From NCBI GenBank assembly GCA_951406725.2, contig OX597816.1, forward strand, positions 140,182,001 through 140,246,000: a DNA stretch of 64,000 nucleotides, in the 5' to 3' direction. The stretch comes from Octopus vulgaris (lineage: Eukaryota). Under the pieces are notes generated by a model. It was not told the origin of the DNA and did not search any database. It worked only from the letters and a program-made list of their open reading frames with translations. Position 1 is the stretch's first letter; each line of letters starts with the position of its first letter. Below, piece by piece: positions 1 to 17,011 of this stretch. The position numbers were made by a program, and so were the translations under genes.

Positions 1-400
1 TATGAGCAGTTCCCATGAGCACTATCTTTTGAATTTCTGCCATTTTGAGGTTTCCTGGTATCTGAGTTAGGTAGCAATTAGTCCCTTTCGCTATCATTCC
101 CAGGGCACCTATGACAACAGGTATTGTTTTAGTCTTCAGCTTCCACATTTTGCTGATTTCTATTTCAAGATCTTTATATTTGCTCAGTTTTTGGTAGGTC
201 TTGACAGATACATTTATATCGAGTGGGACAGTCATATCAATGAGGAGGCATGTTCTTTGTCTGAAGTCTTTCAATATGATGTCTGGCCTATTTGCATCTA
301 TCTTCCTGTCAGTTTGAATGGTGAAGTTCCAGAGGAGTGAGATGTGGTCATTTTCAAGCACTGGAGGTGGATTGTGTTCCCACCAGTTTTTTTCATGGGG
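1..400 (-). mobile_element. 3' (RLE endonuclease) fragment of an R4/Dong-like non-LTR retrotransposon
   Basis: Minus strand reads ..ANRPDIILKDFRQRTCLLIDMTVP..KLSKYKDLEIEISKMWKLKTKTIPVVIGALG (PD-(D/E)xK RLE tail). Near (TTA)n at 507-650; same family as 8085-8560. Confidence 0.75.
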
Positions 401-506
401 CAAATCCAGGTTTTTGCAAAACATCATTGTACAGTTATGTTAGCAGTTCATGGCTCTCTGGGAAGGCATTCAGCCAGAAGTTAGGAATTTTATCCCTTCC
501 TGGAGT

Positions 507-649
<143 letters not shown>

Positions 650-650
<1 letters not shown>

Positions 651-888
651 TTGCCTTTGCACAGCTTCTAACGCTGGAGATGTATTACAGTGTCAGCTGT
701 TCACTACCAGTGAACTAAGGTAACACCTCTTATTTTTCGAGCACCTTCAGGAGTATTCGAGCGGTTACAAGCAGTGCTGTTTTCTGCAAGTGCCTCACCC
801 TTATATCAGCTCCTATTTGTTCCACGTACTTCTCGAGATTTTTGCTCACTGTTCCCAGGGCTCCGACAATTATTGGTACTACCACTAA
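650..888 (-). mobile_element. Short 5'-truncated R4/Dong-like retrotransposon end
   Basis: VVVPIIVGALGTVSKNLEKY..LQKTALL..ARIL..VLEK plus 3' UTR, flanked by (TTA)n on both sides. Same family as 43230-43911. Confidence 0.75.
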
Positions 889-2864
889 CATTATTATTAT
901 TATTATTATTATTGACGGAATCATTATAGCACGTTGGACAAAAGACTGAGTTTCATGTCGTACGTCTTTACGTTCCGAGTTCAAATGCCGCCGAGGTCGA
1001 CTGTGCCCTTCATCTTTCGGAGTCGATAAAATGAGTACCATCTGAGCACTGGGGTCTCTCTGGGCCCAGTGCTCAGCTGGCACTTATTTCTACCTGACCT
1101 ATCGGTAGGTTATTCTAGGCAGTTACCCAAGCTTTAGCAAACTACTCCTTAAAAGGAAGTAACTAGTTTTGTTTTGGAAATGGAAGTTATAATTTGAAAT
1201 ACACTTTGTTATTTTCGATGAATGACGCAATGCACAAAGAGAAAATGTTGTATTTACAATAGTGAAATTGCACATGCTTGTACATGTGCTTCTATTGCAA
1301 AGATTACGAAGGTAGAAAGCTATTGAATAAAGTATGTGAACTGAGAATAATAACATTTTCTGATGTTACAATATGACAATCTAACTGGTCTGAGAAAAAG
1401 AAAAGTTGGAAAATACCATGAGAAAAACAATGACTAGGTGTGATCACTTCTTAACTATGCAAACCAAAAATAAAGAAAAAGAAAATAGAATTTTTGTGTT
1501 ATGTTTTCGTATAACAACACAAGTCACAAGGTAATGAACGTGCTTCCTAAACACTTTCTTATCGCACTAAACCTGCAAAGAATAATTACAAATGGTTTCA
1601 AATTTCGGCACAAGGCTAACAAGTTTTTAAGTTGATCACATTGACCTGAATGTTCAACTGGTACTGATCTTATTGAGCATGGAAGGATGGGAGACAAAAC
1701 TGACCCCGGCAGTATTTGAATGCATAATATAAAGAGACAGAAAAAATACCGTTAGGCAATTTTCTCATTGCCGAGGCCAAATTTGTCTTTCATCCTTTCA
1801 GGGTCGATAAAATACGTACCAGGGCTCAACTGGTACTTATTTTATTGACCTCGAAAGAATGAAGGGAAAATTCAACCACGTCAGTATTTGAACGTAGAAC
1901 GTAAAAAACGGAAGAAATGCCGTTACACATCTTTTGCTACATACTAAAGATTCTGCCAGCTCACCGCTTTTATAAGATTATTATAATTCTTTCTACTATA
2001 GGCAGTGGGTCTGAAATTTTGGTGCTAGAGACTAATCGATTACATCAGTCTCAGTGTTGAACTGGTACTTATTTTATCGATTCATAAAAGATGAAATGCA
2101 AAGTCGACTTCGGCATATTTTGAACTCAGAACGTAAAACTAGAACAAATGCTGCTAAGCGATTTTCTCCGGCGTGATAATGATTATCATCATAATGTCGA
2201 AAGTTAATATGTATTTCGTCATTCAGGGGAACATTTTAATGTTTATTTTTATCGCTTTCATTCGAAACAGAATCCATATCGCACTTGATTTTCGCCTTAA
2301 TTGAGTCAGTGTTATAAATGTGTGACCTTTCTTTCGAATCATATTCAAAATGTCAGTTATACGCAAGTTCCACAACTTGGGAGTAATGTCCAACGCTTTT
2401 TCAATCTCTAAGCCACAAAAACATGTCAATTTAAATAATTATCATGGAACAAGGACAGAATAAAAATTATGAAGTGTAACAATTTCCCATTTTCTCGGCC
2501 CGTAAAATACAGGATTCCACTAATAAAATTAATTTAGATACAAAAAGTAAACAAGTGACAAATAAAGTGTTCGGAAAAGTGAGAACTAATATTCTAATAT
2601 TTGCACAAGGCTACAATTAAATCAATAGAATAGATAACTAGTATTACCTAAGAAAGATTAATGTTATAGGCATTACAAGAGGTATTTGAACTGAGACTGT
2701 AAATAGACTATAAAGAGTTGTAATAGGCGAGCATTTTACTCGCCTCTAACCATTTTACTATCTATCCCCACTTTATTATTACCTTGTGATGCTCGCATTG
2801 GAGTAAGCTATCGTCCCGAGACGCTTTTAATTCCTGCAAGGAGGCATTTTACCTCGTTCTAACA

Positions 2865-3113
2865 CAGTGGTTCTCAGCCGGGGCTCATATGACCCTTGAG
2901 GGTCCATATAAGATTTTGCTGTTAAAGATTATGAGCAATAAATTGCTTATATTTATTCTACAATGCACAAAACATTTTAACAATGGTTTTATACAATTCC
3001 AAATAACATTTACTTATAACAATATAATAGATTTTTTTTTCTAGCACGGAGGTCCAATAGAGTAAAATAAGAATCAAAGGGATCAATAAGCAAAAAATGG
3101 TTGGGAACCACTG
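2865..3113. mobile_element. hAT-type MITE
   Basis: Terminal inverted repeats CAGTGGTTCTCAGCC / GGTTGGGAACCACTG; 8-bp flanks ttctaaca (2857-2864) and ctctaaca (3114-3121) match 7/8, as expected for a hAT TSD. Confidence 0.8.
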
Positions 3114-3577
3114 CTCTAACAGCTAACGACTGTTGAAATGAGAACGTTTACTAAGCTTCCGTATTCTTGGGATATGTCAAAAATAAAAGAAGAAAAAAAA
3201 AACAGTATTTTCGTTTTATAAGCATAGAATTGTACACTGAATAATTAATCTTAAAAACAGGTCGCTGAAGCAATCACTGGTTCGCTGTACCTAATAATAA
3301 ATAATCTTTTCATTAGATATAGTTATACATTCTAAAGGTTTCAAATTTTGGCACAAGGTCAAAAATTTAGAGGGACGAAGTAAGTTGATTACATCGACTC
3401 CAGTACTCAGCTGGTGCTTATTTTATCGAGTCCGAAAGAATGAACAACAAAATCGACATCTGCGGAATTTGAACTTAAAATGTAAAGACGAGCGATACGC
3501 CACTAAGTGACATGCTAACAATTTTGCCTGCTCACCGCCTTCAATTTCAATATTATAATTATTATTTTCATTTCTAG

Positions 3578-3607
3578 TTGTAGTACCCGACAGCGAGCCA
3601 GATGAAG
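3578..3607 (+). other. Candidate 30-nt microexon, copy 1 (GC donor, possibly decayed)
   Basis: ttttcatttctag|ttgtagtacccgacagcgagccagatgaag|gcaatt; near-identical to 8680-8709; phase-1 reading xVVPDSEPDE. Confidence 0.35.
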
Positions 3608-3755
3608 GCAATTTGTTAGTTTTTTAGGGCAGAAAACTTCGGACTATTAGAGCAATTCCAGACACTAGTATTTTAAAAATTGTTTCAATTTTACACAATG
3701 CATTTTTGTATGTGTGTACTCATTTCATTCACTTGGCAACACCGTATGTATATAC

Positions 3756-4480
3756 AGGTGCAGGAATGGATGAATAGTTAAGAAGATTGCTTCTCTATCG
3801 TGTGGTCTTGAGTTCAGTCCCACTCCATGTTACTTAGGGCATGTGTCTTCCACTATAGCCCCGGGTAAGGCGGCGAGCTGGCAGAAACGTTAGCAGGCCG
3901 GGCGAAATGCTTAGCGGTATTTCGTCTGTCGCTACGTTCTGAGTTCATATTCCACCGAGGTCGACTTTGCCTTTCATCCCTTTCGGGGTCGATTAAATAA
4001 GTACCAGTTACGCACTGGGGTCGATATAATCGACTTAATCCGTTTGTCTGTCCCTGTTTGTCCTCTCTGTGTTTAGCCCCTTGTGGGTAGTAAAGAAATA
4101 GGTATTTCGTCTGCCACTACGTTCTGAGTTCAAATTCCGCCGAGGTCGACTTTGCCTTTCATCCTTTCGGGGTCGATAAATTAAGTACCAGTTACGCACT
4201 GGGGTCGATGTAATCGACTTAATCCGTTTGTCTGTCCTTGTTTGTCCCCTCTGTGTTTAGCCCCTTGTGGGTTGTAAAGAAATAGGTATTTCGTCTGTCT
4301 TTACGTTCAGAGTTCAAATTCCACCGCGGTCGACTTTGTCTTTCATCCTTTCGGAGTCGATAAATTAAGTACTAGTTGCGTATGGGAGTCGATCTAATCG
4401 ACTGCCCGCCCCCTCCCAAAATTTCCTTGTGAGTGCATCTGGTTGATGGAAACTGAAAGAAGCCGGTCGAATATATGTGC
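3756..4480 (+). mobile_element. Nested SINEs: a tRNA-derived SINE with an internally triplicated ~184-bp unit inserted into a second SINE family
   Basis: Inner SINE starts aaggcggcgagctggcagaa (~3867); unit ggtatttcgtctg.. recurs at 3917, 4101, 4285. Outer SINE is interrupted after ctatagccccggg and resumes at ccttgtgagtg (~4425). Confidence 0.75.
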
Positions 4481-4529
4481 GCGCGCGCGTGCGTGTATGT
4501 GGTGTGTGTATGTGTGTATATATATAACC

Positions 4530-4830
4530 AGCACACCATTGGTTACGACGACGAGGGTTCCAGTCGATCCGATCATTGGAACTGCACGCTCGTAAAATTA
4601 ACGTACAAGTGACTCAACGCTCCGCAAACAAGCGTAGCTTTCACGTAGTTCTCAGAGAGATTCAGTGTAACACAGAATATGATAAGGCTAGTGCTTTGAA
4701 TTACTGGTACAACTCATTTTTGCCTGCTGAGTGGACTGGAGTAACGTAAAAGAAAGCGTTTTGCTCAAGGACACAACACACTGCCAGAACTAGAGCTCAC
4801 AACCCTATAATCGGAAGTTGAATACCCTAG
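4530..4830 (-). mobile_element. SINE (minus strand)
   Basis: Reverse complement of 4540-4620 resembles the 3' end of the SINE at 37434-37815 (aatttcacgagc..gatc..ggaaccctc.tcgtcgtaacc). Confidence 0.6.
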
Positions 4831-5178
4831 AATCAAGGTATTTTCATATTCAGTACTCCAGCAAAGTGTAGCACGTACGTATACGTACCACATACATACA
4901 TATCCCCATATATACATATATAAACACTCATGTTGGTTCACGATTCAGTGTAAATTTTAGATCCAACATATGGAAAGTTCCTGGTATGGCGGTTTCATAA
5001 AGGAACACAAATCGATTTAAAGGTTCAATACACCTGTCTCAGTCGCAATTTTATATTGAAGCTCGCTGACAACGATTACATCATATAAAACCCGTTTTCA
5101 TCAGGTGATTAAAATTTAGTTAGGAAAAGGTATATATGATGTAGAACGACTCTCCTTGTTAGCCATCATCAATTTCAA

Positions 5179-8560
<3,382 letters not shown>

Positions 8561-8583
8561 ATTATTATTATTATTATCATTAC

Positions 8584-8668
<85 letters not shown>

Positions 8669-8679
8669 TTAATTTCTAG

Positions 8680-8709
8680 TTGTAGTACCCGATAGCAAAC
8701 CAGATGAAG
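8680..8709 (+). other. Candidate 30-nt microexon, copy 2 (GT donor)
   Basis: attttaatttctag|ttgtagtacccgatagcaaaccagatgaag|gtaatt; AG/GT boundaries, length a multiple of 3, phase-1 reading xVVPDSKPDE. Confidence 0.45.
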
Positions 8710-9473
8710 GTAATTTGAGAAATTTTGAAATTTAACTGGCTGAGATGTATGTATGTATGTATGTATGTATGTATGTATGTATGTATGTATGTATATAAAT
8801 ATATGTATATATGAATATATATGTATATATGTATGTATGTATTCAACTGCTTACATGTGTATAAATAATATTTCCTCAATATTTCACGTTTGTGTAAATA
8901 CTTTCTCAACTGTTCACAACCATCTACGCACTTCATCTATTTTGTATATTTATAGGTATTTCTTCAACCAATTATCTCCATCATTTAACTAAGACATAAT
9001 ATTTTAGCCAATTCTCCAACAATTTCAATCGATTTTACCTTGTACCATCCGCTCTTTCAAACAACAGATACTAGATTCTGCCTTTTCCATTTCTCTTATT
9101 TTATCATTTACACTCTGAATAATTTGTAACTGATTTTCCGGGTTATTTTCTAAAGACAATTCTAACGAATTTATCTATGTTATATACAAAACCTCAACGG
9201 TTTTTTCTTATTCTCCATTTAGTTGCTTTTATACAAGGCAAAATGAGGTTGTTTTTCAACCAACTCCTCATAATTTATCAAAGATTCTGCGAAGACTAAC
9301 AACACCTTAATTCCATTAATATAATCATTCCAAATGCTCACATAGGGGCAGGAGATTGTGTTGTGAGAAATTAAAACAGCTCTTATAACAGCTGTGTCTC
9401 GAATTTCTCTGACAGAATTTTCCTGCCCAAAAGAGCTAACAAACTCCAATGTCATCATTTAGGTCACTACGGC

Positions 9474-9559
<86 letters not shown>
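9474..9559. repeat. (CTA)n microsatellite
   Basis: Direct tract. Confidence 0.95.
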
Positions 9560-9560
<1 letters not shown>

Positions 9561-10249
9561 TACATTTGGCACATTAACCGATTCTGCCATGAGAATGATA
9601 ACACTACTACTTTACATTTAGACAAGAGATAAATGAATGGACTAATTATTAATTGAATACATAAGGTAGCCAGTTAGCAGAATCGTTATCGATCCCGAAA
9701 AAAAGCTTAACGGCATTTCTTCCGGTTTTACATTCTGGGTTCAAATACCGACAATATCGGCGTTTCATCCTTTAAATAAAATAAGGTACCAGTGAAGTAC
9801 TGCGGTCGATGTAATCGACTACCTACAAAATTTCAGGCCTTGTGCTTATAGTAGAAAGCATTATTAATTGGAGACATTCATATGTTGTTATGAGATAGAA
9901 ACGAAGGAAACTTTCCTAAGAAGAAAAACAAGATCTCATATTTAGAAACTAGGGAGATTGTGAGTGTATCATATTCATGCTTTTTCTTTTAAAGATGTTA
10001 GCGACGATCGTAAAGTAAATATTTAGCAGCAGGAATTGAACTCGATTTTGTTTTGACAATTACACTGTTTGTATTAATTAATTATTTTTTTTAATTTTGA
10101 GGCATGTTTAATGTACCTGCTTCTTATTACAGCTTATGTTTCTGGTCTTACAAACATACATACATACATACATACATACATACATACATACATACATACA
10201 TACATACATACATACATGCATACATGCTTCGAAACATACATACATTATG

Positions 10250-10875
10250 GCTGCCCCCTCGTTAACGAGTATGGCCTTTGCACGAAGCTTAACTGTTACT
10301 GGTGCTGTGATCGAATGTGACTTTTTAGCCCAGCTAAAGATCTACAATGTCTTGTACATAATTGGCAACTAATACCTTTACCAGTAATAGCCCGCCCGGC
10401 TGTGGTTGTAACTGGGCTTCATGTACCTTTGCATGTCGTTTAAGTCCTCCTGCCGAATTACACTTTCTTCCACATGCCCGACAGATATGATTAGTATGGT
10501 GTGCTACACCACCACCAGTGGCCAGGTTGTCACTCATCTGTCTCGCTTTATGGCTACGAAGATGACTCTTGAGTCCAGCTTTACTGAGGCAGGGTCTTGC
10601 ACAGACATTGCATGTCAGCATCAAAGGAAGACTCTTCCCATCTGGAAGTGTAACAGCGATGCCCTTCCTGACATCCCTCCTTACTTTCTCAAGTGCAATT
10701 CGAGATTTCTCAAAAGTGGCTGTCCCCTCGTGCACAATCCTCCACCTGCTACGATCAATAGCTATGCCTTCCCATGTGTCAGGAGAGATGCAAGCATCCC
10801 TTAAGGATGCCTTCAGCAAGTCCTTATACCTCTTTTTTGGTTTATGTGGAGGTCGTTCTCCTTTAGCTAACTCAC
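10250..10875 (-). mobile_element. 3' fragment of an RTE-clade LINE with C2H2 zinc-finger tail
   Basis: GELAKGERPPHKPKKRYKDLLK..WE..A.DRSRWR (RTE C-terminus), then CNVC..HLRSH, CRAC..HAKVH and, after a frameshift, CQLC..HIRSQH. Confidence 0.8.
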
Positions 10876-10949
10876 CATACATACATACATACATACATAC
10901 ATACATACATACATACATACATACATACATACAAACACCATAGCTGCAC

Positions 10950-13900
10950 CCTCGTTAGAATAGAAAAGCCATTGCCAAAAAGACTTACTGAAATGATACA
11001 TTATTGATGCCATGTGATGCCCGTATATGACTTTTAAGCCCAGCCAAACTTTTATAGATTTTATTACATACTGCACAACTGTGCTGGCTAGCAGGAGAAA
11101 CAGGTGCCACGATATGCACTCTCTTACCATGTATTTTCACATTTTACATATATTCTGTTGTGAATTTTAATAGCCACATCACTGTTTATCATGGGTCGAT
11201 TCCTGTGAGATTTTTGATGGCTCACCAGGCCTGCATGACTCAAACACCTCCTCCCACAAACCACACACAAAAAAAGCAACACTCTCTCTTTCCACAGGTT
11301 TCCCTCTTTCTAATCCCCCTCCTTATTTTCTCATAATTCACTCTCTTCCCCTCAAACCATGAACCACCATCATGCACTATCTTCCTCCATCCATCACGGT
11401 CTTGTGCCTCTCTCTCCCAATCACCAGCTGCAATTCCTGTCTGTAATAGAGCATTTTTAAGGCAATTCTTAAACCTTAGTTTAGGCTTATGCGCTGGGGT
11501 CCTGCCATCTTCCAGCTCGCCATGCAATAGCTCCTTGGGCAGTCGCGCATTACTCATCCTTACCAAATGTCCCCCAACACCTCAAACAACTTTACAAAAT
11601 CATTGACACTATACTTCCACTGCCACTCCTCTCAAGCACCTCCACATTACTAATGGCCATTTTCCAGTTTATCCCCCAGATTTTTCTCAGACAGTATTGA
11701 TGTTATCGTTCCAATTGCCTTATATGTTTACGGTAAACAACCCATGCCTCACTCCCATATAGCAAAGATGGGAGGATGCACGTGTTATATACCTTAACTT
11801 AAATTTGTGAAGATATATTATGTTGTTTCCACAGACGCCTATCAAGCATACCAAAAGCACTACTAGCCCTGCTGATTCTATATGAAATTTCATCATCAAG
11901 ACCAGCAGTGCTCAAAGTACTTCCTAAATAAATAAATCTAGGCACAGTCTCCAACCTTTGACCGTTATAAAAGGTTCTACATATTTCTTGGAGGGAGCGG
12001 GCTGGTACATTATAGCAGTTTTTTTCAGTTTGATCGTTAGACCCAATGCCGCACATGCTGCAGAAATTGCATTCAGCATGTGCTGCATATCTTTCTGGGA
12101 ATGTGCCAATAGGTCACAATCATCTGCATACAGGAACTCAACGAGGTGAGAATGCAGAACTTCCGTTTTTGGCGCAGAGTCTTTTGAAATTGAACAGTTT
12201 TCCAGCTGTCCTATATCTTATATAGATCCCTTCAGTGCAATCTTTAAAAGCTATTTGAAGGACTATTGCAAAATACATAGCAAACAATGTAGGAGCAGGA
12301 ATATCACCTTGTTTTACACCATTTTCTACAGAAATTGGATCTGATAAGGAACCTCCAACATTAACTCTTACTTCCATCTTGTCATGAAATTGTCTAAGCA
12401 TTCTCACAAATTTTTCAGGGCATCCTAGCTTTTTAGGATCTCCCAAAGTGCAATTCTATTGACAGAATCAAACGCTTTTGTTAGGTCAATAAAAACCTGC
12501 TATAAGTTCATATCCTGTTCTATGCACCTCTCTTGCAACTGTCTAGCTGAAAATATATCCATAGTACTCCTACTATCCCCAAACCCACATTGCGATTCTG
12601 GTAGAACACCATCAGCAATGTGCAGAAGTAATCTGTGCAGCATTACCCTACAGAGGACCTTTCCAGCAACAGCTAACAGACAGATGCCACAATAATTACC
12701 ACAGACTTCCTTTCCACCTTTAGATTTATATAGTATCTCCATAATTGCATCATGTCAATCCGGAGGAACCTCTTCACTATGCCAAACCCTCTGAATCACA
12801 TCCGTCAACATTGTTCGGAGATGATCACCACCATATTTATATATCTCTGCACCTAGTCCATCCACACCAGGGCCTTTCCATTGTTCAATTTCCTGATTGC
12901 TGCTGTTTATTTCAGCGAGGTTTGGAATTTCTGCTATAAGATATATATTGGTCTCTCAGGTATATTATCAAAAAAAGAGAGTTCAACTTCTTTCCATCTC
13001 CAAACAATATCTTTAGGACTTGTTAATAATTCTGTGCCATCCTTGCTCTGAAGCGGCGCAAACTTTGGTGAAACAGGTTCATAAACTTTTTCAAGAGAGA
13101 GTAAAAAAGTTTGGAATTGTTAGCATTTGAAGCTTCTTAGTTTTCATCGCATTTATCACTTCACCAATTTTCCTGCATCATCCTCAGCTTCCTCTGCACT
13201 GTTGCTTTTACTGCCTTGAAATATGTAGCCACTGTCCTGTTTGCTGACATGTCAACATTTTGCAACATATTAAATGCCTTCTCCTCTGAGATAAGACGAA
13301 CTTCATTATCGTCAAACCAATCTTGATGTATTTTTACAAAACCAAAAATGTTACTTCAAACCTCGTATACTCTTTCTTTGAATGACTTCCAGCTTCCATC
13401 ACAGGACAAATTATTTATCTCACTCACAAATTCATTACGTACTGGCGGAATCTTAAGTTTATCGACATCAATCCGTTTAGGTAACTTGTCAGTATTTGCT
13501 CTAACCTTAGGCTTGACAACAAAATTCACCTTGACACGCAAAAGCCTATGGTCAGTCCAGCACTCTGCACCACGCATTACTCGTACAATAGCAAAGTCCC
13601 TAGTATCTCGTATCCTGGTGAGGGTGTAATCTATGAAATACCATTTCTTAGAACCGGGGTGCATCCATGTCGTTTTATACTTATTCTTTACTTGAAACAT
13701 TGTATTCATGGCACACAAATCCATCTCTACGCACATTTGTAACAGCAGAAAACCATTACTGTTGGAACTCCTAATCCCATGCTTTCCTAAGACGCCCCAA
13801 GTCTCCCAATCTGCACCAACGCGAGCATTAAAATCACCTAAAATGACAACTTTGTCATCATGGGGCATAGTGCGTATAATCTCTGTAAGTGATAGATAGA

Positions 13901-14510
13901 AGGCAAGTTTCTCATGCTCTGATGAATTCATAGTTGCAGCATATGCACTTATGAGTGTTACATAGTGATCTTTTCTTAATGGAAGTCTTAGAGATAGCAA
14001 ACGATCAGAATGACCACATGGTAGTTCCTCAAGTTTTGAAACAAGAATGGCTTTGGTTGCAAATCCCATTCCTGATTCTCTCTTATAGGCCCCCTCTCTA
14101 CCGCTCCAAAAGAAATGATATCCATCAGATTTCGCTATAAAATTCCCCTTTCCATGAATTCTTGTTTCGGCTAGCGCTACAACATCCATATCATATCGCT
14201 GTAACTCTTTTGCAACAAGCGCGGATCATCTCTCCGAATGAGATTTCAGACAATCATTGTCTTATAACTTTCGAACATTCCAACATCCTACATTCATAGG
14301 CTTGCATCTTAACCTCAGTTTACTCGCAGTTGCAGTATGACGACCGATTCCAGGCTGTGGTGCTGTGGGACACCTGACAGGCCAGACCACAGAACAAAAT
14401 GTTCCAGAGCCCCTTTTGCTATTTGCTTCAGTATCAATATCAACTTTCATTGTTTAGTTGTGCCTTTTTAAGCTTCGGCCAGCCATGTACATACAAGATG
14501 TTCGTTTCTT
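10950..14510 (-). mobile_element. Near full-length degenerate RTE-clade LINE (APE + RT + C2H2 tail)
   Basis: WNVR, LAETR, GDFNARVG, TWMHP, DY, WTDH (APE; ORF 13356-14189); NY.GICLL, ESQCGF, GVKQGD, YADD, F.YLGS (RT); C-terminal CVVC..HQKSH and CAVC..HIRASH. Many stops and frameshifts. Confidence 0.9.
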
Positions 14511-14512
14511 CT

Positions 14513-14544
<32 letters not shown>

Positions 14545-15104
14545 CATACATACATACATACATACATACATACATACATCTCAGCCAGTTAAATTTCAAA
14601 GGTTCTTAATGTTTTCCCACTCTCTTTGATGATGGCTGAACTCAGTGAAAAGCCCTCTGACAAGCAGTCTATGCTCTTACTCTTCTTTCTACCCAGTCTT
14701 CAATTATCCCTTTGTTAAGTGCTTATTGACATTTACATTTCTATGACACTGTAATATCCATTTTGCCTTCTTCAAATGAGATGTAGTTTTCAGGTTAGCA
14801 TTTATCACCGGCGATATTATTCCAGTTAAGCCTGTTTTATACTATATGCAGGAATGTAATGAACCTGTGGGTTTTACTCGTTCCACGTGGCAGATTAAAA
14901 TCGTTTTATCTCGATAAGCCATTTTGTTATTACTTCTAAATTATAAATATTTTTACTATGACTTTGTACGTACATGTTTCATATTTTAGCCACGAAATTG
15001 GATCTTTATTATTTTTCTTATTCAAGGCTACTACGTGCTGTTACTGCTTTCCACCATTACTGAGGTTTTTTTTTTATTTCATATGAAAATTGACTACGGC
15101 GTGA

Positions 15105-15227
15105 CTGTGTACTGGATTCAGTGCCACTGCGTGGCACCTTGAGCAAGTGTCTTCTACTATAGCCTCGGGCCGATTAAAGCCTTGTGAGTGGATTTGGCAG
15201 ACAGAAACTGAAAGAAGTCTGTCTTAC

Positions 15228-15305
<78 letters not shown>

Positions 15306-15480
15306 TTGTGACTGTATTTGCCCCTCCCATTACCGCTTGATAACCGGTGTTGATGTGTTTATATTCCCCTAACTTAGCGGTTCCACAATAGGGAACGATA
15401 GAATAAGTACTAGCCTTGAAAAATAAGTCCTGGGGTCGATTTATTCGACTAAAACCCTTCAAGGCGGTGCTCCAGCATTC
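15105..15480 (+). mobile_element. SINE with internal TA/TG/TCTG microsatellite
   Basis: Matches the SINE at 26356-26760 (ccactgcgtggca..aagtgtcttct.ctatagcc..ggaaactgaaagaag..aaggcggtgctccagcat). Confidence 0.7.
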
Positions 15481-16153
15481 TTCCATTTGAGACTATTTAT
15501 TGAGTCTATTCACGTGTAGAAGAGAAATTTGGAACGGAAATAGTAAGTATTAAAATAAAATTCTATGATATGGTGTGATGTATATTTGGATTTGATGAAT
15601 TGCATATATTTTCTTATTGAGAATAATTCAATTTATTTGAATCCCTGTGACGCCGGAATTTTTATTCCCTAATTAATAAATAAATAAAATAATATAATGC
15701 AATAGTCTAACTTTATTGTTTAGCTTCAAACTAAACAATTAAGCATGGCATACACAGGAAAGATAGTACCCCTGGAGTGGAATTCATCACTGAAAGACAT
15801 ACCTATCCCACCAAAAAAAAAAAAAAATTCAAGATTAAACTGATTAATAATATAAAGAATTTCATAAATAGACTCAAATGGAGGAATAGTTATAGAATTA
15901 AAGTTATGAAGAGTCCTGGTGATTGGGGTCGCAGTTAAGACATATTTCTGGAAAAGACTGCGGGTCTCGGGAACGTTAAACGCACCTCATGAAACACGTG
16001 TAGAGGAGAAATTTGGAACTGAAATCATCTGTATCAATTTTACAAGTGCTTCACCATTAAAAATACTTCTAAGTCTCTGAATTCACCATCAACGTGTTAT
16101 TTGTCTCATTTTGAATTAAGCTTTGGCATATTTGCTTGATATCACATACCCAC

Positions 16154-16220
<67 letters not shown>

Positions 16221-17011
16221 ATAATTCTATGAACGGGTTTTGCATTTACTCCAGCTGGGTGGTATCTTTTGTATAGAGTTTAATCATCCCTTTATGAAAG
16301 AGAGTGTATAGTTTGTCCACATTTGTAACAAAACTGTTTTGTGAAATTAAAGCCAGATAAAACATTAGTGGCCATAAGGAGACTCGTTGGAAAAATTCCT
16401 CTCATGACAATAAGACAGCTGTTTTACTCTACACTTTCTCTTGCTATATTATTGATTTCCTAATTTTAACGTGATATGGTTAATATATTGAAATCTTTTC
16501 TATATCAATTCATAACATTTCTTTCCGACTAACTTCAATAATTGCTTGACCTAACAATAGCTGTTCTTTACCTCTTCTGACACCGTTAATGTCACTTTCA
16601 TAAGATACTGTTATTTTCTTGATGAGCTATGTTAGTTGATAAATATGTTATCAGTCGGTAAGCTCGGGCATGTTTGGTATTTTTATTTTAATATCGATAT
16701 TGGTTTCCATCCCTTTAATCAGTTAGACCTTGACTGTAGTCAATTCCTTGAATATTATCGCTATACTTTCATATGATGGATTCCAGCGTTATGTAATCAC
16801 ATTTTGAAGTATTCGTACTTTATGAATTTATTAACTCAAGCTAGGGCAAACATTTATTCAACCGATGAATTGAAAGAGATAACATCACCTAATCATACAT
16901 TTTTGCCAAGCTTTTCAAGGAACCGAAAAAATTCGCTGCTTCCTGTGGTTTTGTTGTTTGTCATGAAAACAAAAATTGCTTTTACAATATGAAAATAACA
17001 TCAGTAGATTA

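Noticed and set aside
3917-4420. Regularly spaced repeats suggestive of a CRISPR-like array
   Set aside because: Whole 184-bp units repeat with no unique spacers; SINE-derived, in a eukaryotic context.
8850-9470. Possible decayed coding sequence on the minus strand (ORF 9219-9458)
   Set aside because: No recognisable motif or splice structure; cannot be classified by eye.
16220-16800. Possible old retroelement remnant
   Set aside because: Too degenerate to support a call.
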